Assembly (NCBI GenBank): GCA_022510485.1
Contig: JAFLTI010000004.1
Coordinates: 23,011-87,010 of the forward strand
Length of the DNA: 64,000 nucleotides
Reading direction: 5' to 3'
DNA from: Lentimicrobiaceae bacterium
GTDB taxonomy: Bacteria; Bacteroidota; Bacteroidia; Bacteroidales; P3
A program made the translations under genes and the position numbers. The notes under the pieces were generated by a model that saw nothing but the letters and a program-made list of their open reading frames with translations, did no database searches and was not told where the DNA came from. This document shows, piece after piece, positions 1 through 8,174 of this stretch. Position 1 is the first letter of the stretch, and each line of letters starts with the position of its first letter.

Positions 1-410
1 TCGTCTTTGTTGGTCAGGGCGGCAACGGCAGCCAAATCTTCGCGGATAGGTTCAATACCTTGGGCATTGCGTTTAGCGGAGTCCATAGCGATATTGAACA
101 ACATTCCAATCTGCAAGGCTTCTCCCTTGGCGTTCTTTACATTGGCGGCGAGATTTTCGATAAGACCCTTGATTTGTTCCTGATTGTCTTCGCCCAATTT
201 GTCAAAAGTGCCGTAGCGGGAGTATTCGCCCTTGAGGGGGTGTTGTTCTATCCAGCCTCCGCAGGCGTATTGATAAAAGTTCTGCTTGGGGTTGAACGTG
301 GTGTCTAAGTTAGACAGATCCAAAGATTGCATGGTTTCCACTTGTTTTTGTTGGCAGGACATTCCCAATACCAGCAAACCGGCAAGGGGAATCAAACATA
401 GTTTTTTCAT
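1..410 (-). CDS. M13 family zinc metallopeptidase (PepO/neprilysin-like), N-terminal part only; the gene continues past the window start
   Basis: Absent from the ORF track because it runs off the edge. My minus-strand translation from the ATG at 410-408 reads MKKLCLIPLAGLLVLGMSCQQKQ...LDTTFNPKQNFYQYACGGWIEQHPLKGEYSRYGTFDKL. This is a lipoprotein-type signal (LGMSC) followed by the conserved N-terminal FY.Y..G.W block of M13 peptidases. Confidence 0.75.
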   Translation of the reverse strand, partial: MKKLCLIPLAGLLVLGMSCQQKQVETMQSLDLSNLDTTFNPKQNFYQYACGGWIEQHPLKGEYSRYGTFDKLGEDNQEQIKGLIENLAANVKNAKGEALQIGMLFNIAMDSAKRNAQGIEPIREDLAAVAALTNKD

Positions 411-488
411 ATTGTGAGATGTTTTATATTTTTAATTTTCAATTATGTTGAGCGTGGCGCTACAAACCTGCGAATATACGAAAAAAAC

Positions 489-2237
489 CTACAAGGAAAG
501 AGACTTTTGCAGATGCTTTGTCGAAACGAAACGCCAGACTTCCGTCTGCTTTCCGTTTTCCGATACGCTCAGTTCCGCTTGGGTTTCTTCTACCTTGAGC
601 TGCGCTCTCAGGGCGGTATTCCGGTTTTTGAGAATGTTCCACAGCAAAAGGGCTTTTTCTATACCGTCGCCACGCTTAAAATTCCATACTTCGTCGGGTT
701 GCGCCAAGCGGGCTCCGTCGTAAATGGATTGGTTTTCCATAGAGGAGAGCGTACGCAGGATTTCTTCGGTTGTCATACCCTCGCTTTCTTTTACCGATAC
801 GGGATTGCGTTCTACCGCAGCCTTGATAAAGGGTTGCCACGAGGTGTTTTCCATATCGCGCCAAGCGTAAAGGCTTAAGATGGCGAGCCTATGCCCGTTT
901 TGGGCTTCTTGGTGCAGGTATCGGCATATTTCTTCCCGGCTTTGATTGGGGTTGAGGCTCAGTTCGGGATATTCCACAAACTCTTTTTGCCCGGCATCGG
1001 GCAGGCGGGGTGTAATCTTGAGGAACGCACCCAGTTCTTCAATCATCTTTTGTTTGTCGGCAAAATACGGACCTTGCAGCATTTGGTGTAGGAATCCGGA
1101 AAAACTTTCAAAGTCGGGCGCGGGATTGGCGTTCAGATATTCTTCTATATCGTTGAGCAGAACGCGGTCGTGGAGCGGAGACAGCGAAAAATAGCGGCTG
1201 TCCATTTCGTCTATCAGTGCCTGACGGCTTTCGTTGTCGAGGCGGTTTTTGCTGGAACGCTGGGTGCTGAAAAGACCGGTAAGCGGAATATAACACTCTT
1301 TGCCGTTGCGGATATGGCGGTATTGAAAGCCGTTCCAATAACATTCGCGGCTATAGAGAAAGTTGGAAAAATACTCAAAGCTTATAGGAGCTTCCAAAAA
1401 GCGGCAGAAACTTTTTTTGAAGTAGTCGTACCGCTCCGGCTTCATTTCGGCTCTCTTATAAAAGGTGTGCACCACGCCGCTCAAATGAGATACAATCGTA
1501 ATCCGCTCGTTTTCGATGCTGCGCCTTGCCTTTGCCGACAGTTCGGTGCCGTTGTACCACATCTTTTTGGTGACGATGCGGCGGTTGTTGGTGATAAAGC
1601 CGTCGTTTTCGGCAATAAAGTTCTGCGAGTGCAGGGGCGTGCCGATCATAAAGATATTGTGCAGCGGAATACGCCCCACTATAAACAGGGCTGCCACATA
1701 GAGAGCCGAGAGCGACACACATTCGCCCGCTCCGGTAAGGTAGCCTTCCTTAAAGAGAAAGGCGTTCATGGCTTCTACCGTTTCGGTTTTCCAATAAGGA
1801 ACCACATCGGCGGCGTATTTGTCTAAGCCGAAATGACGGCGTATATCCACATCGTAGTAGTATTTGTCGCCGCCGTAGCCAAAAAGTGCGTTGGACTGCG
1901 CGAGGGCTGCCGGGTCTATGAAGTTTTTGAATCGGTTGAGTTCTTTTTCTTTGGTGGTCAGACCCCATGTTTCCAAGTCGAGGTTAAAAACATAGTGGTC
2001 CATAATATATTGCCTGATGCGGTTTATCTTGTAGGTAAGGGATTTTTTCTCAATGTTGGCGAACCATTTTTCTTCCCTCCATTTCCAGATTTCGGGCGAC
2101 ATGATGTTTGCCAATACAAGCGAGTACATCAGGTCGGGAAAGATAAAGATTTCCATATCGGAGAGACTGGACGCGCTTGAATACAGCTCCAATTCTTCTT
2201 CGGTCTTGGGTTCGAGCAGATTTTTTTGCGGGTTCAT
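489..2237 (-). CDS. Uncharacterised 582-aa cytoplasmic protein with a possible transglutaminase-like Cys core
   Basis: Long ORF 489..2408. I place the start at the internal ATG 2237 (MNPQKNLLEPK), 1 nt after the ldcA stop. No signal peptide. The motif GAGECVSLSALYVAALFIVGRIPLH...HSQN resembles the transglutaminase-like catalytic core. I cannot name a family. Confidence 0.7.
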   Translation of the reverse strand: MNPQKNLLEPKTEEELELYSSASSLSDMEIFIFPDLMYSLVLANIMSPEIWKWREEKWFANIEKKSLTYKINRIRQYIMDHYVFNLDLETWGLTTKEKELNRFKNFIDPAALAQSNALFGYGGDKYYYDVDIRRHFGLDKYAADVVPYWKTETVEAMNAFLFKEGYLTGAGECVSLSALYVAALFIVGRIPLHNIFMIGTPLHSQNFIAENDGFITNNRRIVTKKMWYNGTELSAKARRSIENERITIVSHLSGVVHTFYKRAEMKPERYDYFKKSFCRFLEAPISFEYFSNFLYSRECYWNGFQYRHIRNGKECYIPLTGLFSTQRSSKNRLDNESRQALIDEMDSRYFSLSPLHDRVLLNDIEEYLNANPAPDFESFSGFLHQMLQGPYFADKQKMIEELGAFLKITPRLPDAGQKEFVEYPELSLNPNQSREEICRYLHQEAQNGHRLAILSLYAWRDMENTSWQPFIKAAVERNPVSVKESEGMTTEEILRTLSSMENQSIYDGARLAQPDEVWNFKRGDGIEKALLLWNILKNRNTALRAQLKVEETQAELSVSENGKQTEVWRFVSTKHLQKSLSL

Positions 2238-2238
2238 C

Positions 2239-3174
2239 TTAGATATAAAATGTAAGTTGAGAGATGGATTGCGCCGAATTTTCAACATCGAGGCAGGCGG
2301 GAATACCCATATACAGGGCGTGGTTGAAAGGAACGTGCCCTGCCGGGAATCCGTAGCAGACAGGGTAGGAGTAAGGAGATACGTAGCTTCCGATAATTTC
2401 CCAAACATCGCGTGTATAGGGGTTGGCTCCCTTTTTTATTTGGGTAAAAGTGCCCACGATAAGCCCTGCGATACGTTCAAACCAACCGCCCCGTTGCAGG
2501 TTCATAAGCATACGGTCTATGTGGTAGTCGAATTCGTCGAGGTCTTCTATAAAGAGTATCTTTCCGGTGGGGTCTATATCGGTGGGAGTTCCGCGCAGGC
2601 TGTATAATATAGACAGGTTTCCGCCGATAATGGGAGCGGTAACGCTGCCGGGGCGGTTGAGGGATTGGTTGCGGAAACGGTGCACCAAACTGTTTCCGAA
2701 AAGGGCTTTCTGGAGCGTGCCTACGGAGTTCAGATAGTCGGGTGATTCCACGTCGGGGTAGGTTTGCGGCATACAGGAGTGCAGAGACGCTACGCCTAAG
2801 TTCTGCTGCAAGTGCGACAGCATCACGGTAATATCGCTAAATCCAACAATCCATTTGGGATGTTGCATAAAAGCCGTAAAGTTGAGCCGGTCTATGAGGC
2901 GCACCGAGCCGTAGCCGCCCCGGGTACATATAATGGCGCGGATTTCGGGATTGTCTAAGGCGGCTTGCAGGTCGGACAGGCGTTCGGCATCCGTACCGGC
3001 AAAGGGTCCGAAGTTCTTGAGTACATTCGCTCCTGTTTCTACTTGCAGCCCCAACGACTTGAGCACTCTTAAGCCGCGTTCCAAGCAAGCCGGTTCTATG
3101 CGGCCGGCGGGCGAAACGAGAGCCACTTTATCTCCTTTTTGTAGAAAAGGCGGGATAAGTATTGAAGAAAACAT
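2239..3174 (-). CDS. ldcA: LD-carboxypeptidase (muramoyltetrapeptide carboxypeptidase, peptidase S66)
   Basis: GDKVALVSPAG, AGTDAERLSDLQAALDNPEIRAIICTRGGYG and GFSDITV (nucleophile Ser elbow) are typical of LdcA. Start moved to ATG 3174 (MFSSILIPP) because the TTG-extended ORF would overlap the tRNA gene. Confidence 0.85.
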   Translation of the reverse strand: MFSSILIPPFLQKGDKVALVSPAGRIEPACLERGLRVLKSLGLQVETGANVLKNFGPFAGTDAERLSDLQAALDNPEIRAIICTRGGYGSVRLIDRLNFTAFMQHPKWIVGFSDITVMLSHLQQNLGVASLHSCMPQTYPDVESPDYLNSVGTLQKALFGNSLVHRFRNQSLNRPGSVTAPIIGGNLSILYSLRGTPTDIDPTGKILFIEDLDEFDYHIDRMLMNLQRGGWFERIAGLIVGTFTQIKKGANPYTRDVWEIIGSYVSPYSYPVCYGFPAGHVPFNHALYMGIPACLDVENSAQSISQLTFYI

Positions 3175-3237
3175 GGGGTAAAGGTAAAGAAAATTCCGCA
3201 CAGAAACGGGGCTGTTTGCAGTTTTGCCAAAAAGCAC

Positions 3238-3245
3238 TATCTTTG
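3238..3245 (+). promoter_or_regulatory. Bacteroidota -7 promoter motif TATCTTTG (TAnnTTTG) for the tRNA-Leu pair
   Basis: Exact match to the TAnnTTTG consensus, 10 nt upstream of the first tRNA nucleotide. Confidence 0.55.
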
Positions 3246-3255
3246 CAAGCCTGTT

Positions 3256-3339
3256 GCCCAAATGGCGGAATTGGTAGACGCGCTACTTTGAGGGGGTAGT
3301 GTCGGTTTCGACGTGCAAGTTCGAGTCTTGTTTTGGGCA
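3256..3339 (+). tRNA. tRNA-Leu (anticodon GAG), type II with long variable arm; no encoded CCA
   Basis: Hand-folded cloverleaf. Acceptor GCCCAAA/TTTGGGC, D arm GCGG-AATTGGTAGA-CGCG, anticodon stem CTACT/GGTAG with loop TTGAGGG, 16-nt variable arm, T arm GCAAG-TTCGAGT-CTTGT, discriminator A. Confidence 0.9.
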
Positions 3340-3347
3340 CAGTTCGG

Positions 3348-3373
3348 TAGGGTCGGTTTTCCGACCCTATTTT
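3348..3373 (+). terminator. Hairpin TAGGGTCGG-TTTT-CCGACCCTA followed by TTTT, between the two tRNA genes (terminator or processing signal)
   Basis: Perfect 9-bp stem plus T run, read directly from the sequence. The function is inferred. Confidence 0.4.
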
Positions 3374-3457
3374 GCCCAAATGGCGGAATTGGTAGACGCG
3401 CTAGTTTCAGGGACTAGTTTCAGCAATGAAGTGCAAGTTCGAGTCTTGTTTTGGGCA
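3374..3457 (+). tRNA. tRNA-Leu (anticodon CAG), type II; no encoded CCA
   Basis: Same acceptor, D and T arms as the upstream tRNA. Anticodon stem CTAGT/ACTAG with loop TTCAGGG, and a different 16-nt variable arm. Confidence 0.9.
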
Positions 3458-3472
3458 CGGAAAAATCGAAAG

Positions 3473-3516
3473 AAAAAGGGAGAGGGGGTCGCGGTAGCGA
3501 CCCCCTCTCCCTTTTT
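3473..3516. terminator. Bidirectional intrinsic terminator (15-bp GC-rich stem flanked by A5 and T5)
   Basis: GGGAGAGGGGGTCGC-GGTA-GCGACCCCCTCTCCC with AAAAA upstream and TTTTT downstream. It lies between the convergent tRNA-Leu and flavodoxin genes. Confidence 0.8.
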
Positions 3517-3538
3517 AAGCCGTTAAGGGCAGGCTGTT

Positions 3539-4093
3539 TTACTTAGCCCATTCTTTAATGGCTTCTTCGTCAATATCGTTAAGCAGGCGGCCTTCTCCCC
3601 AAGTGAGGTTAGGATAGGCTTCTTTCAAGTCTTGGCAGGATTTTTCGATGGTGCTGCCGCCGGAGGTGGCAAACAGAACAACGGTCTTGCCTGTAAGGTC
3701 GTTGGCTTCGATAAAGGTATTGATGATGGTGGGGGCGGTGTACCACCAAATCGGGAAACCGATATATACTTTGTCGTAGTCGGCAAGGTTTTCTACAGTA
3801 CCTTTGATGGCGGGGCGGGAGCTGAGGTCACGCATTTCCACACTGGAGCGCGAAAGGGAATCTCTCCAGTCGAGGTCGGCTTCGGTATAGGCTTCTTCCG
3901 GTTCTATCTGATAAAGGTCGGCACCGATAATCTGAGCCAGCTGTTCCGCTGCCGCTTTGGTTACTCCGCTGGCGGAGAAATAGGTAACGAGCGTTTTCTT
4001 TTCCTGTGTTTGTTGCGGTGCGGTCTTGCACGTGCATTGCGTGGCGCCGAATCCTATCGAAACGAGCGTCATCATCAAAAAGACTTTTTTCAT
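3539..4093 (-). CDS. Flavodoxin-like protein with an N-terminal signal or lipoprotein peptide
   Basis: MKKVFLMMTLVSIGFGATQCTC signal, then TLVTYFSASGVTK (FMN phosphate-loop-like), YIGFPIWWYTAP and VVLFATSGGS, typical of the short flavodoxin_4-type family. Confidence 0.75.
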   Translation of the reverse strand: MKKVFLMMTLVSIGFGATQCTCKTAPQQTQEKKTLVTYFSASGVTKAAAEQLAQIIGADLYQIEPEEAYTEADLDWRDSLSRSSVEMRDLSSRPAIKGTVENLADYDKVYIGFPIWWYTAPTIINTFIEANDLTGKTVVLFATSGGSTIEKSCQDLKEAYPNLTWGEGRLLNDIDEEAIKEWAK

Positions 4094-4139
4094 GTTTTGT
4101 TATTTTAGGTTGTTTAGCAATTAGCAATTTAGCGTGCTA

Positions 4140-4147
4140 CAAAGGTA
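4140..4147 (-). promoter_or_regulatory. -7 promoter motif TACCTTTG (minus strand) for the flavodoxin gene
   Basis: The plus strand reads CAAAGGTA, an exact TAnnTTTG on the minus strand, 46 nt upstream of ATG 4093. Confidence 0.45.
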
Positions 4148-4154
4148 CGAAAAG

Positions 4155-4202
4155 TCGGGGGCGGAAGCAAGCCACGTTTACGTGGCTTGCTTCCGCCCCC
4201 GA
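4155..4202. repeat. Perfect 22-bp-arm palindrome with a 4-nt loop in a divergent promoter region
   Basis: TCGGGGGCGGAAGCAAGCCACG-TTTA-CGTGGCTTGCTTCCGCCCCCGA. The arms are exact reverse complements. It sits between the flavodoxin (-) and rbfA (+) promoters. Confidence 0.9.
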
Positions 4203-4252
4203 TACGGAGAACCTAGCCCGAAGCGAAGTTACAGGGAACAGATAAAATAGCG

Positions 4253-4260
4253 TATATTTG
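4253..4260 (+). promoter_or_regulatory. -7 promoter motif TATATTTG for rbfA
   Basis: Exact TAnnTTTG only 6 nt upstream of ATG 4267, which implies a very short or absent leader. Confidence 0.35.
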
Positions 4261-4266
4261 TACCCT

Positions 4267-4605
4267 ATGGACACAAACAGGCAACAAAAAGTGAACCGGC
4301 TCTTGCAGAAAGAGTTGGGCGAGATATTCCGGCTCGATATGCAGCCTTATTTTCCGGGCATTATGATGACGGTTACCTTTGTGCGCATGACTCCCGATTT
4401 GAGCGTGGCCCGGGTCAATCTGAGCCTTTTTCCCGACAGGGACAAGGAAGGAACCCTTAAGAAAATAAAGGGAAAGACCTCCGAAATAAGGGGGCTTTTG
4501 GGGCAGAAAGTGGGCAAACAGCTGCGCATCGTGCCGCGTTTGGAGTTTTTTATAGACGATTCCTTAGACAGGGTGGAACGTATCGAAGCCCTTTTGGCTC
4601 AATAA
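4267..4605 (+). CDS. rbfA: Ribosome-binding factor A
   Basis: RQQKVNRLLQKELGEIF...VTFVRMTPDLSVARV...RIVPRLEFFIDDS is the classic RbfA pattern. ATG 4267 is preferred over the TTG at 4258. Confidence 0.85.
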   Translation: MDTNRQQKVNRLLQKELGEIFRLDMQPYFPGIMMTVTFVRMTPDLSVARVNLSLFPDRDKEGTLKKIKGKTSEIRGLLGQKVGKQLRIVPRLEFFIDDSLDRVERIEALLAQ

Positions 4606-4620
4606 AATTAAAGCACAGCC

Positions 4621-5853
4621 GTGAATCTGCCGGTTTTTATAGCAAGACGTTATTTTTCTGCCAAGAAATCGCCTCTCGTTACCGTTATAGGCAGGGTGGC
4701 GGTGTTGGGCATTGCAGTGAGCACGGCGGCGATGATTCTGATATTGTCGGTAATGAACGGTATGAACCGCTTTGTTGCCGAGCGTTTTGGAAACATAGAT
4801 CCCGACCTTAGGATAGAAGCCGTTAAGGGCAAGTATTTTAACGAAAACGGCTGGTTGGAAAAGATAGCGCAGGGGAGGGGCGTTCACACGGTTTCGGGGG
4901 TTTTGGAAGACCAAGCCCTATTGACTTACGGAGAGCAGAACGTAATGGTGCAGTTAAAGGGCGTGGATTCGCTCTACGAAAAGGTTTCGGGGCTGCCGCA
5001 ACAGATTTATTCCGGCTCTTACGATTTAGACTTTAACGAGTATGCGGCTTTTGCCGTAATGGGAGGCGGGGTCTACGAGCAGTTGCAGATTCCTCCGGCA
5101 TATGCCGAAGCCTGCCAGTTGTATGTTGTAGACGGCAGTCTGTTAGACCGTCCTTTGGCAATGCAGCAGGCGGTAAGTTCCTTTCCTCTCTATCCGTCGG
5201 GGCTTTTTAATGCCATACCCGAATACGACAACCGCTATGTGTTCTGCCATATTGATTTTGCGCGCTGGATGTTTAAGTGCGAAAACGCGCTCTCTGCCAT
5301 AGAACTGAAGGTTGCGCCCGGTTTTAAGGTAAAAGAGGTAAAGAAAGGATTGCAGGCTATGCTGGGCGATGGTTTTACGGTAAAAGACCGTATGGAGCAG
5401 AAGCAGGCGATGTTTAAGAGTATGAAAGCCGAAAAGCTGATTGTAATAGCCGTTTTTGCCTTTGTGATGCTGATTGCCACCTTTACTATGGTTGCCGACC
5501 AGATGCTGCTTATGTACGAAAAGCGCAAGGATATAGGCATTTTGTCGAGTATGGGATTGGAAAACGGCAGTTTGCGCAAGCTGTTTTTCTTTAACGGTTT
5601 GCTGGTGTGTGCTTGGGGAACGCTTTCGGGTTTGTTGGCAGGCAGCCTGCTGGCTTTCGGGCAGCAAAAATTCGGCTGGGTTAAGTTGGGCGGCGGTTCG
5701 GGCAATTACATTACCGACGCCTATCCTGTATATTGGCAGGCGGGAGATTTGCTGTTGGTGTTATGCGTGGGTTTGGCGGTGGGAATGCTCGCCTCGGCTA
5801 TCCCCTTGCGCCAGATACGTGTGTTTGCCGGAAAACCGGCTGAGAAAGAATAA
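4621..5853 (+). CDS. ABC-transporter permease, FtsX/LolC-LolE family
   Basis: N-terminal FIARRYF...KKS motif followed by a TM helix, a large periplasmic loop and three C-terminal TM helices. GTG start. Confidence 0.75.
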   Translation: MNLPVFIARRYFSAKKSPLVTVIGRVAVLGIAVSTAAMILILSVMNGMNRFVAERFGNIDPDLRIEAVKGKYFNENGWLEKIAQGRGVHTVSGVLEDQALLTYGEQNVMVQLKGVDSLYEKVSGLPQQIYSGSYDLDFNEYAAFAVMGGGVYEQLQIPPAYAEACQLYVVDGSLLDRPLAMQQAVSSFPLYPSGLFNAIPEYDNRYVFCHIDFARWMFKCENALSAIELKVAPGFKVKEVKKGLQAMLGDGFTVKDRMEQKQAMFKSMKAEKLIVIAVFAFVMLIATFTMVADQMLLMYEKRKDIGILSSMGLENGSLRKLFFFNGLLVCAWGTLSGLLAGSLLAFGQQKFGWVKLGGGSGNYITDAYPVYWQAGDLLLVLCVGLAVGMLASAIPLRQIRVFAGKPAEKE

Positions 5854-5865
5854 AACATAGAAGAG

Positions 5866-7365
5866 ATGGAAAAAGAAACCAAAATCCGTCAACATCATTT
5901 GTGCCTGACCAATACGGTAACGCACAGAAAAGAAGCCTTTGAACCGCAGCATCCGCCTTTGGTGGGAATGTATGTGTGCGGTCCTACCGTATATGGCGAC
6001 CCGCATTTGGGGCACGCCCGCTCGGCGGTTACTTTCGATGTTGTTTTCAGGTATCTGAAATATCTCGGCTACAAGGTGCGCTATGTACGCAACATTACCG
6101 ATGTGGGACATCTTGAACACGATGCCGACGAGGGCGAGGACAAGATAGCCAAGAAAGCCCGCATAGAACAGCTTGAACCTATGGAAGTGGCGCAGTATTA
6201 CACCAACCGCTACCATAGCTTTATGGATATGATGGGGGTGGAACGCCCCAGTATAGAACCCTTGGCTTCGGGGCATATCATAGAGCAGATAGAACTGATT
6301 AAAAAGATTTTGGATGCCGGTATGGCATACGTTGAAAACGGCTCGGTGTATTTTGATGTGCGCAAGTACGGACAAAAGTTTGAGTATGGCAAGATTTCGG
6401 GCAGGGTTTTAGAAGATTTGCTTGCCACCACCCGCGATAACTTGGCTTCTCAAGACGAAAAGCACGACCCGGCTGATTTCGCGCTCTGGAAAAAGGCGCA
6501 GCCTGAGCATATCATGCGCTGGCCTTCGCCTTGGAGCGAGGGTTTTCCCGGCTGGCATACCGAATGTACCGCTATGTCGCGTAAATATTTGGGGCAGCCT
6601 TTCGATATACACGGAGGCGGCATGGATTTGATGTTTCCCCACCACGAAGCGGAAACCGCCCAGTCGAATGCGGCTTTCGGTTGCGAGCCTTGCCGTTACT
6701 GGATGCACAACAACATGATTACCATTAACGGTAAGAAGATGGGCAAGTCGTTGGGCAACTTCATTACCTTGGAAGAATTTTTTACAGGGAAACATCAGGC
6801 TCTTGCGCAAGCCTACGACCCGATGACGATTCGGTTCTTTATCTTGCAGGCTCACTACCGCAGCACCTTGGATTTTGGCAACGAAGCCTTGATTTCTGCC
6901 GAAAAAGGTTTGCAGCGGCTTATGCAGGTGCGCCCGGTATTGGACAGAATCAAGCCGGCGGCGCAATCGCAGGCAAAAGAAGCCTTGAGTTTGCTCTACG
7001 CCAACTGTCAGGCGGCTATGGACGACGACTTTAACACGCCCATACTCATTGCCCATCTGTTCGATTTGGTAAAGATGGTTAACTCGGCGGCAGACAACAA
7101 GATTGCCTTTACGGCAGAAGATGTGGAAACGGCAAGGAACCTGTACCGCGATTTTGTGGAAGACGTGCTGGGCTTGCAGCAGGCTCAAAGCGGCGATAAA
7201 TCATTGCGGAAGATTGACGGAATTATGGATATTGTACTCAATATCCGTACCAAGGCGAAGATGCAGAAAGACTTTGCTACCTCCGATCTTATCCGCGACG
7301 AGTTGAAGAAGCTCGGCATTGTGGTAATGGACGGCAAAGACGGTGCCACATGGAAATCCGAATAG
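5866..7365 (+). CDS. cysS: Cysteine--tRNA ligase
   Basis: [16 protein letters not shown] (HIGH region), KMGKSLGNF (KMSKS region) and the overall CysS layout. Confidence 0.93.
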   Translation: MEKETKIRQHHLCLTNTVTHRKEAFEPQHPPLVGMYVCGPTVYGDPHLGHARSAVTFDVVFRYLKYLGYKVRYVRNITDVGHLEHDADEGEDKIAKKARIEQLEPMEVAQYYTNRYHSFMDMMGVERPSIEPLASGHIIEQIELIKKILDAGMAYVENGSVYFDVRKYGQKFEYGKISGRVLEDLLATTRDNLASQDEKHDPADFALWKKAQPEHIMRWPSPWSEGFPGWHTECTAMSRKYLGQPFDIHGGGMDLMFPHHEAETAQSNAAFGCEPCRYWMHNNMITINGKKMGKSLGNFITLEEFFTGKHQALAQAYDPMTIRFFILQAHYRSTLDFGNEALISAEKGLQRLMQVRPVLDRIKPAAQSQAKEALSLLYANCQAAMDDDFNTPILIAHLFDLVKMVNSAADNKIAFTAEDVETARNLYRDFVEDVLGLQQAQSGDKSLRKIDGIMDIVLNIRTKAKMQKDFATSDLIRDELKKLGIVVMDGKDGATWKSE

Positions 7366-7390
7366 TTGAACGAAACAAAAAGAAAAGGAT

Positions 7391-8107
7391 ATGATATTCT
7401 TGCAATCAAGTATGGGAACGGCTGGAATACCCTTGGCGTGGGTGGTTTTTATCGGTCTTATGATTATGGGGCTAATTGTGCAGTCGAACCTAAAGAACAA
7501 GTTCAAAAAGTATTCTAAGGTGCCCCTTCCTTACGGTATGACAGGTAAGGATGTGGCGGAAAAGATGTTGCGCGATCACGGCATAAGCGATGTAAGCGTG
7601 CAGTGCGTGCCGGGTATGCTGAGCGACCACTATAATCCCGACAAACAGACTGTTAATTTGAGCAAGGAGGTGTATTACGGAGACAGCATTGCCGCCGCTG
7701 CCGTGGCTGCCCACGAATGTGGACATGCCGTGCAGCATGCCGAGGCTTATGCGTGGCTCAGGCTTCGTTCTTCTTTGGTGCCGGTGGTCAGTTACAGTGA
7801 ACGCATCGTGATGTGGGTGTTGCTGGCAGGGGTGCTGCTGGTAGAGAGCTTTCCCTCCCTGCTGCTGTTCGGTATCTGCCTGTTTGCGCTCACTACCTTG
7901 TTTACCTTTATTACCCTGCCTGTAGAAATCGACGCCAGCCGCCGCGCGGTGGCATGGTTGGATCACGCCGGAATTACTACTTCCGAAACTTATCCGATGG
8001 CGTGCAGTGCACTGAGGTCGGCGGCATATACCTACGTTATCGCCGCTTTGTCGAGTTTGGCAACCTTGCTGTATTACATTATGATATACCTGAACCGCAG
8101 GGATTAG
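7391..8107 (+). CDS. Membrane zinc metallopeptidase (YpfJ/Zn_peptidase_2-like)
   Basis: HECGHAVQH (HExxH) zinc motif, N-terminal and C-terminal TM helices, KFKKYSK motif. Confidence 0.75.
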   Translation: MIFLQSSMGTAGIPLAWVVFIGLMIMGLIVQSNLKNKFKKYSKVPLPYGMTGKDVAEKMLRDHGISDVSVQCVPGMLSDHYNPDKQTVNLSKEVYYGDSIAAAAVAAHECGHAVQHAEAYAWLRLRSSLVPVVSYSERIVMWVLLAGVLLVESFPSLLLFGICLFALTTLFTFITLPVEIDASRRAVAWLDHAGITTSETYPMACSALRSAAYTYVIAALSSLATLLYYIMIYLNRRD

Positions 8108-8174
8108 GTCTGATACGGCAAAATATTTCGTATCTTCGCGCGTTTTTAGAAAGCAAATTAAAAAACATATAACC

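Noticed and set aside
4006-4245. A 79-aa ORF spanning the 48-nt palindrome.
   Set aside because: It overlaps the flavodoxin start and both promoter motifs. The frame is kept open only by the GC-rich hairpin, and no coding signal is visible.
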